Shown here in pieces: positions 46,729 through 51,817 of a DNA stretch of 51,817 bases. Below the pieces are notes generated by a model, which was not told the DNA's origin, did no database searches, and saw only the letters and a list, made by a program, of their open reading frames with translations. This DNA is from Candidatus Sumerlaeaceae bacterium (GTDB lineage Bacteria; Sumerlaeota; Sumerlaeia; Sumerlaeales; Sumerlaeaceae). Where the stretch lies: assembly GCA_026419455.1 (NCBI GenBank), contig JANZZJ010000212.1:1-51817 (forward strand), written 5' to 3'. How positions within the stretch are numbered: position 1 is the stretch's first letter; the number at the start of each line of letters is the position of its first letter. The position numbers and the translations under genes are program-made.

Positions 46729-47684
46729 GCTGGTGTTTTGTCCTGCCCCGTGTCGTTGGGTGCCCTGCCATGGTCAATTAATGGCTCGGCAGCGGTCTTG
46801 TCGTCGCAAGATGGCGCAGGCGACTCGTGGGGCCGCTCTCTGGCCTCCATTGGTGTTTCAGCGACATAGTCTTTGTTGGCGGCTACAGGAGTTCTTTCTA
46901 GTTCATGCTGACCCACGAACATTCGCTTCAGCTCGTGGATCGAGGGCAGGTCACCAAGGCTGCGTAGTCCAAATGTTTTCAGAAAATGCTGCGTGGTCAC
47001 ATAAAGCTGAGGGCGCCCCGGAACCTCTCGCTTCCCGCCAACTTCAATAAGACCTAACTCCAATAACGTGTGTATACTAGCTGTCGAGTCCACACCACGG
47101 ATCGCTTCGATTTCAGCTCGTGTGATGGGCTGTTTGTAAGCAATGATGGCGAGTGTTTCTAGGGTTGCTTGAGACAGCGGATTGCGTCTTCGACTCGGTT
47201 TCAGGCGGAAAATGAATGGTGCGTAAAACGGTCGGGTCGCCATCTGAAATCCGCCTGCCACTTCGACGATCTGGATCCCATGGGGAGAGTTGTCGTAATC
47301 CTGCATCAATTGCAGAAGGGCGGTTCGTACTGTTACAGTGTTCGCAACCCCGAGAATCCTTACCAGTCGCTCGACACTCAAGGGTTCAGTTGTCGCGAAG
47401 AGTAGTGCCTCAATAGCTGACTTCAGTTCGGTATCCGAAGACAGCGGAAGAACCTCATCTGAAAATCTCGGTTCTGCGCCGACTTCGAGGCCGCCATGGC
47501 TATCCCTGTCAGTTGCCGCTTGCAACGATGTAGCGGCTCTGTCGTCGCATTCTGCTCCCGATATCTGTGGCACATCAGTGGAGGTGTCGCCTGTTTCTGA
47601 CGTGCTGGAGGGTGTTATTTCACTGTTGGGAAGCGCTTGTTCTTCTTCACAATTATGCTTGTCCATTGCCATCCCCAGCATCAC
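46725..47684 (-). CDS. scpB: Segregation and condensation protein B with disordered N- and C-terminal extensions
   Basis: Core motifs are IEALLFATTEPLSVERLVRILG, SQATLETLAIIAYKQPITRAEIEAIRGV and GRPQLYVTT. Confidence 0.85.
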   Translation of the reverse strand: MMLGMAMDKHNCEEEQALPNSEITPSSTSETGDTSTDVPQISGAECDDRAATSLQAATDRDSHGGLEVGAEPRFSDEVLPLSSDTELKSAIEALLFATTEPLSVERLVRILGVANTVTVRTALLQLMQDYDNSPHGIQIVEVAGGFQMATRPFYAPFIFRLKPSRRRNPLSQATLETLAIIAYKQPITRAEIEAIRGVDSTASIHTLLELGLIEVGGKREVPGRPQLYVTTQHFLKTFGLRSLGDLPSIHELKRMFVGQHELERTPVAANKDYVAETPMEARERPHESPAPSCDDKTAAEPLIDHGRAPNDTGQDKTPA

Positions 47685-48426
47685 GTGCTACCAACATGAT
47701 TGTGTCAAACGCGCAGTTCTGCTGAATTCGTGCACGTTTCAGACGCACCAGCTCCAGCACGGCCAGGAAAGTGGTGATGATTTCCAACTTGTTCAAGCAG
47801 CGCAAAAATACCGCCATGAGATCAATTTCCGTGCTCGATTCCAACAAACTCTCGATGTACTCAATTTTTTGCTCGACGGTGAACTGTTCCGAAAGATTGG
47901 GAAAAAGTCGGTTGCTCTCTAAATAGCGGAGCACACGTGCAAGTGCCCGATAAAGCAGCGAGATCTCGGCTGATAACTCTTCCGTCGGCTCAGGAGCGAT
48001 AGCGAGAGGGGTGGTGCGGTAAATCACCAAAGAGTGCTGTTCTTCGCGTTCACGGAGAACTGCGGCAACTTCTTTATACTTGCGGTACTCAATAAGGCGC
48101 TGCATGAGCTCGCGTGCGGAAACGATTTCTCCCACTTCCTCATCCTGCTGATCGTTTTCCTCATCGTCGTGATGAGCCGGTAGCAGTGTCCTTGCTTTCA
48201 AATGAATCAATGTGGCCGCCATTACAAGGAACTCCCCTGCCAGTTCCAGGTCGAGCTCCTTCATTACGTGTATGTAATCGAGGTATTGCCGAGTTATTTC
48301 CGCGATAGGAATATCATGGATATCCATCTCATTGATTTTGATGAGGTGGAGTAAAAGATCGAACGGCCCCTCGAATACCGGCAGCTTGATTGTATAGAGC
48401 TTCTCATTCACCGCGCCATCGCCCAA
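47653..48426 (-). CDS. scpA: Segregation and condensation protein A
   Basis: Motifs are LPVFEGPFDLLLHLIKINEMDIHDIPIAEITRQYLDYI and the C-terminal TFLAVLELVRLK. Confidence 0.9.
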   Translation of the reverse strand: MGDGAVNEKLYTIKLPVFEGPFDLLLHLIKINEMDIHDIPIAEITRQYLDYIHVMKELDLELAGEFLVMAATLIHLKARTLLPAHHDDEENDQQDEEVGEIVSARELMQRLIEYRKYKEVAAVLREREEQHSLVIYRTTPLAIAPEPTEELSAEISLLYRALARVLRYLESNRLFPNLSEQFTVEQKIEYIESLLESSTEIDLMAVFLRCLNKLEIITTFLAVLELVRLKRARIQQNCAFDTIMLVARDAGDGNGQA

Positions 48427-49064
48427 CTAAGAAGAATGTTGGCTGGCAAGGAAAATGCAACCTGTAGGAGTCGTTGCGCTGGAGGAAAGAATACGATTAA
48501 TGCCCATAGTATAAGAAATCCATAAGCCGAAAGGGCAATCCACGCGTTCCACAGACCAGGTATTCGCCGGACGAAGAAGTGATATAAAAGGCTGCTTCCA
48601 TCCAACGGTGGAATCGGCAGCATATTGAAGATGGCTAGAACCAGATTAATCTTCACAAAAACGGCTGCAAAAATTACTAGGGCTCTGGCGAGGTCGTTCT
48701 CTAGGGAAAACTGCGACAACAGAATTTTTATCCCCACAGCGCCGAGAAAAGCCAATAAGAAGTTGGACGCTGGTCCTGCGAGGCTTACCCAGACAAACCA
48801 GATCTCTTTCCGAAATCGAAGCTGATTCACAGGCACGGGCTTGGCCCAGCCAATCATTGGGAAATTCAGCAATAGCGCAGCCAGCGGCAATACAATTGTT
48901 CCTATGGGATCGATGTGGGCAATGGGATTTAAGGTCAAGCGACCTGCATAGGCGGCTGTCATATCGCCTGCCTTTTTCGCTGCCCACGCGTGCGCAAATT
49001 CGTGAAATGTGAGAGCAAAGAGGAAGATGGGTATAAACAGCAGGATCTGTGGGTCCAGGCTCAT
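48408..49064 (-). CDS. Site-2 protease family (M50) membrane metalloprotease
   Basis: The HExxH motif is HEFAHAW and the downstream motif is FNMLPIPPLDGS. Confidence 0.85.
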   Translation of the reverse strand: MSLDPQILLFIPIFLFALTFHEFAHAWAAKKAGDMTAAYAGRLTLNPIAHIDPIGTIVLPLAALLLNFPMIGWAKPVPVNQLRFRKEIWFVWVSLAGPASNFLLAFLGAVGIKILLSQFSLENDLARALVIFAAVFVKINLVLAIFNMLPIPPLDGSSLLYHFFVRRIPGLWNAWIALSAYGFLILWALIVFFPPAQRLLQVAFSLPANILLSWAMAR

Positions 49065-49133
49065 TGCAGTTTTTGCTTACTCCTGCGCGTCTCCGCAAAT
49101 ATTGCTTTTTGAACTACGCAAGCCAGTTCTAAC

Positions 49134-51206
49134 TCATTCGTTTCTGGTGGAACCATCTGTTACAGTTCCCTTTGTGCGTGCATGTGTCTCTATGACAGCT
49201 GCGATTCCATGGGTGAAAAAAGGATGTGTCGTATGATAAAGCCCGCGTTTTCTAAAACCGTGCACAATTGTGCAGCGGCACATTGAGAGCTCGTTGCACC
49301 ACCGTTCGAGCACGAGATCTATGTCGGCATCTACCGCGTAGATCTCCAGTGTGAGAAACCGTCTTTTGAGTTTCTCGCCAATAAGAGCTCCAATCCAAAC
49401 CGGCTTCTGCTGGACGCAAAGGCCTGTCTGCCACAAACGCAAAACATGGCGCTCGTTCTCTGAGCGCTCGACGAGCGTAAAAGCAGCCGGTCGTGCGTCC
49501 ACAAAGGCAGGGAAAATCGGGGCCTTAATCTCACGGGTATAAAAAGCCTGAGGAGCGACGTATTCCCAGCCACGGGACTTCAATTCTTGCACAACAGGCT
49601 CAATTTGTCCAACCACGATGACGTTAGTAGCTAGGCCAGGGGTACCGGTCAGGCGCGTGGCATAGCGAGGAAGCAGGGGATGCACCATCTCGAGTTGTGG
49701 GAAATCCCTGGAGCATTTGGAAAGCATCGGTTGTTCTCCAGCATAAGACCTTGATCGAGGAGGCAGAGCAGTTGCACTAGTCACGAGCCCTAGCGTTGAT
49801 AGAGCTGCCACTAACGTCTTTATCCCCGGGTGATGATTTTCATGCACATTCAGCTGCCCAGCAACTGTGGAACAGAAGAGAAAGCTAGCGAGCCCAACTA
49901 GTAGCCCTCCGATGACGTCGGTCGCATAGTGTAAGGCAAGATAAACACGCGAATAGCCGACCAACAAAGCAAGCGTCAGGCAAAGGCTTGCCCATGCCAC
50001 ACGCACGCGGCGGTCAGGCGTCGTCTGCCATATCAAATAGCAGTTTGCCAGCAGAAATGCGGTGCAAATCGCGGTATGAGTGCTTGGGAACGAGTAACTC
50101 AATGGTACAATGGGCATGTCAGTCAGTGGTCTAGGGCGATGAATAATGATTTTTGTAAAATAACATATTATCGTTGCCAGAGTCGGCGAAGAAAGTATTA
50201 CACAGGCGCTTTTCCACTGTTTGGCAACGAGATATGCCGCTGCCGCTAGCCCAGCTGCCGAAAGAACCGCAGCTGGAATGCCAAATGCGGATATGAAGCT
50301 TAACAGGTCAGCAGTATTGGGGCGCCGAACCTGAACAAGAAAGTTAACTAGTGCTGCATCCATGTAACTGAGTGTCGATGAACGTGCCGTCCAGACACCA
50401 AGCCCAACGACTGTGGCGACGAGCGAACCAACAAAAACAAACCGAATCGTTGCGTACCAACCCCAGCGTGCAGTCAAACTGAGCCGACGCTCAGCAAACG
50501 AGAAAAGAAAGGGGCTTTTCTGACGAAGACGCCGATAAAAGTCGCTGTCGGCAATTTCTCTTGCTACCCGCTCAAGGTTGCGTGCTGTTGTACCGGCAAG
50601 CGCTAAAATGGTTCGGCTCAGCCAAACAGCGGCTCCCAGACTGATCAAGGTAACGGCGGCCAGGAGCGAAAACTCTTCTACGTAATTCGCTGCTTCCTGC
50701 CAGCTTGCTCCAAGAACGAATCCTATGCCTAAATGGACAATACTCCAAATGGCACAAGCAGGGAGCAGCCAAAGGGAAAACCTGATCCAAGAGTAGCGAC
50801 TGGAGCCTGCCAAAAATGAGAGAACAGGGCGCAGCACTCCAGAAAACTGACAAATGATGAAGTAAACGGCTCCCCATTTTTGCAGTTGTTGTTCAACAAT
50901 TGCTAAGAGTGACGGGCGAAGCACCAGCGCATCTTCGCGAAAAAGCCCAGCTCCTTTGATCTTGCCGAGAAAGTAATTTAACTGTTCGCCCGCATAATGC
51001 GCCAAAAATACTACGAAAAACATGGCAGTGATATCGAACGTCTGAAGATAGCAAAGAAAGCCGACAAAAGCTAAGAGAACCGAACCTGGCAAGAATTGCC
51101 CGATTGCAATGACAGTCTCGAAGAAAACGATTAACGCAATTAAAAGATAACCCCATGTTCCAAGGCTTGTGAGGATATCCGCCAATTGGCCAAAAAAGTC
51201 ACTCAT
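49134..51206 (-). CDS. Triple-domain membrane protein: DedA/SNARE-associated, PAP2 phosphatase and LssY_C-like domains
   Basis: The N-terminal part is DedA-like (FFETVIAIGQFLPGSVLLAFVG). PAP2 motifs are KIIIHRPRP, PSTHTA and SRVYLALHYATDVIGG. The C-terminal ~200 aa resemble the LssY C-terminal domain (ELKSRGWEYV..HVLRLWQT..VWIGA). Confidence 0.8.
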   Translation of the reverse strand: MSDFFGQLADILTSLGTWGYLLIALIVFFETVIAIGQFLPGSVLLAFVGFLCYLQTFDITAMFFVVFLAHYAGEQLNYFLGKIKGAGLFREDALVLRPSLLAIVEQQLQKWGAVYFIICQFSGVLRPVLSFLAGSSRYSWIRFSLWLLPACAIWSIVHLGIGFVLGASWQEAANYVEEFSLLAAVTLISLGAAVWLSRTILALAGTTARNLERVAREIADSDFYRRLRQKSPFLFSFAERRLSLTARWGWYATIRFVFVGSLVATVVGLGVWTARSSTLSYMDAALVNFLVQVRRPNTADLLSFISAFGIPAAVLSAAGLAAAAYLVAKQWKSACVILSSPTLATIICYFTKIIIHRPRPLTDMPIVPLSYSFPSTHTAICTAFLLANCYLIWQTTPDRRVRVAWASLCLTLALLVGYSRVYLALHYATDVIGGLLVGLASFLFCSTVAGQLNVHENHHPGIKTLVAALSTLGLVTSATALPPRSRSYAGEQPMLSKCSRDFPQLEMVHPLLPRYATRLTGTPGLATNVIVVGQIEPVVQELKSRGWEYVAPQAFYTREIKAPIFPAFVDARPAAFTLVERSENERHVLRLWQTGLCVQQKPVWIGALIGEKLKRRFLTLEIYAVDADIDLVLERWCNELSMCRCTIVHGFRKRGLYHTTHPFFTHGIAAVIETHARTKGTVTDGSTRNE

Positions 51207-51792
51207 GACTATTGGTGTACAGCTCGTACTCCCTAATATACCCTAAAACTCGGGCGGGAACAAGCCCACTCACGTCTTCACCTTTTCGCAGTAACTCCCT
51301 TACCTGCGAGCTGCTCAATGCCGGCAACAGACCAAAGGCGCCAGGGGGTATGTTTTGTCCGATGCGGGGGATGACGTAGATAGGGAATTCCCGTTGCAAG
51401 GACTCGGCGTTGTGCCAACGCGGCAATTCTTCAAGGATGTCGCTTCCGATGAGCAATGCCAGCTCAGACTCAGGGTAGCATTGGCGCAAATGCTGCATAG
51501 TCTGCCAAGTATAACTGGGGTGTGGGAGTTCTTGTTCGACGGATAAAACATGAACATTATCCCCCAAGAGTTCGAAGGCAATCCGCGTCATTCGTAGGCG
51601 ATGAGCAAAGTCAACCAGCTCTTTGTCAAAGGGGTGATGAAAAGTAGGCACGACCGCGACAAAGTCGAATTGCCACCGCAGTAGGGCATAATGCACAGCG
51701 AGCACATGGGCGATGTGAGGTGGGTTAAAGCTGCCTCCAAAAAAGCCAATTCGTCGGGGGATTCGATAGGCTTCCGAGGGAACTCCGCTCAT
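51199..51792 (-). CDS. nadD: Nicotinate-nucleotide adenylyltransferase
   Basis: The motif is IGFFGGSFNPPHIAHV and the length is typical of NadD. Confidence 0.9.
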   Translation of the reverse strand: MSGVPSEAYRIPRRIGFFGGSFNPPHIAHVLAVHYALLRWQFDFVAVVPTFHHPFDKELVDFAHRLRMTRIAFELLGDNVHVLSVEQELPHPSYTWQTMQHLRQCYPESELALLIGSDILEELPRWHNAESLQREFPIYVIPRIGQNIPPGAFGLLPALSSSQVRELLRKGEDVSGLVPARVLGYIREYELYTNSHE

Positions 51793-51817
51793 TTAGTTCT
51801 CCCGCTCAAGTAGTGGG

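Noticed and set aside
1-51817. A search for CRISPR arrays, transposases or integrases, restriction/defence genes, toxin-antitoxin pairs, reverse transcriptases, and tRNA or rRNA genes.
   Set aside because: I recognised none on either strand. The only RNA gene I can support is the tmRNA.

Overview
This 51.8 kb contig looks like part of an uncultivated bacterium's chromosome. It is densely packed, and many neighbouring genes share 4-nt ATGA start/stop overlaps. I support about 45 protein-coding genes and one tmRNA. I found no rRNA or tRNA genes, CRISPR arrays, transposases, integrases, or recognisable defence or toxin-antitoxin genes. The first 19 nt are an untrimmed Tn5/Nextera adapter, so the first gene, a giant secretin, is 5'-truncated.

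Gene content is mostly housekeeping:
- Energy metabolism: korAB 2-oxoacid:ferredoxin oxidoreductase.
- Cofactor synthesis: ribE-ribBA and nadD.
- Cell envelope: the mltG-psd-pssA operon.
- Nitrogen and amino-acid metabolism: aspC and glnE.
- Chromosome and translation maintenance: scpAB, yebC and ssrA.

I see no unambiguous new system. These are the most unusual parts, in order of position:
1. An envelope/secretion block at 1-12.2 kb. It holds the secretin (over 1290 aa, with a Thr/Gly repeat inside its channel domain), a convergent lipoprotein, and a soluble double-GAF kinase with a sigma-54 response regulator. That pair is translationally coupled to a GT4 glycosyltransferase and a FemAB-like transferase. 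The block ends with a GspG-like pseudopilin domain that lacks a prepilin leader and is fused to an IPT/TIG-like domain.
2. An FHA-GAF-sigma-54 activator that overlaps an unknown polytopic membrane protein. It sits divergent from a DUF58-transglutaminase pair that has no MoxR ATPase.
3. LuxC-like and LuxE-like genes without luciferase genes, split about 7 kb apart.
4. Two tandem 93-aa DUF507-like paralogues downstream of yebC.
5. An ABC ATPase with no canonical permease, overlapping a small membrane protein and followed by a D-aminoacylase.
6. A DedA-PAP2-LssY_C triple fusion.

All functional calls come from motif recognition by eye. No database searches were run.
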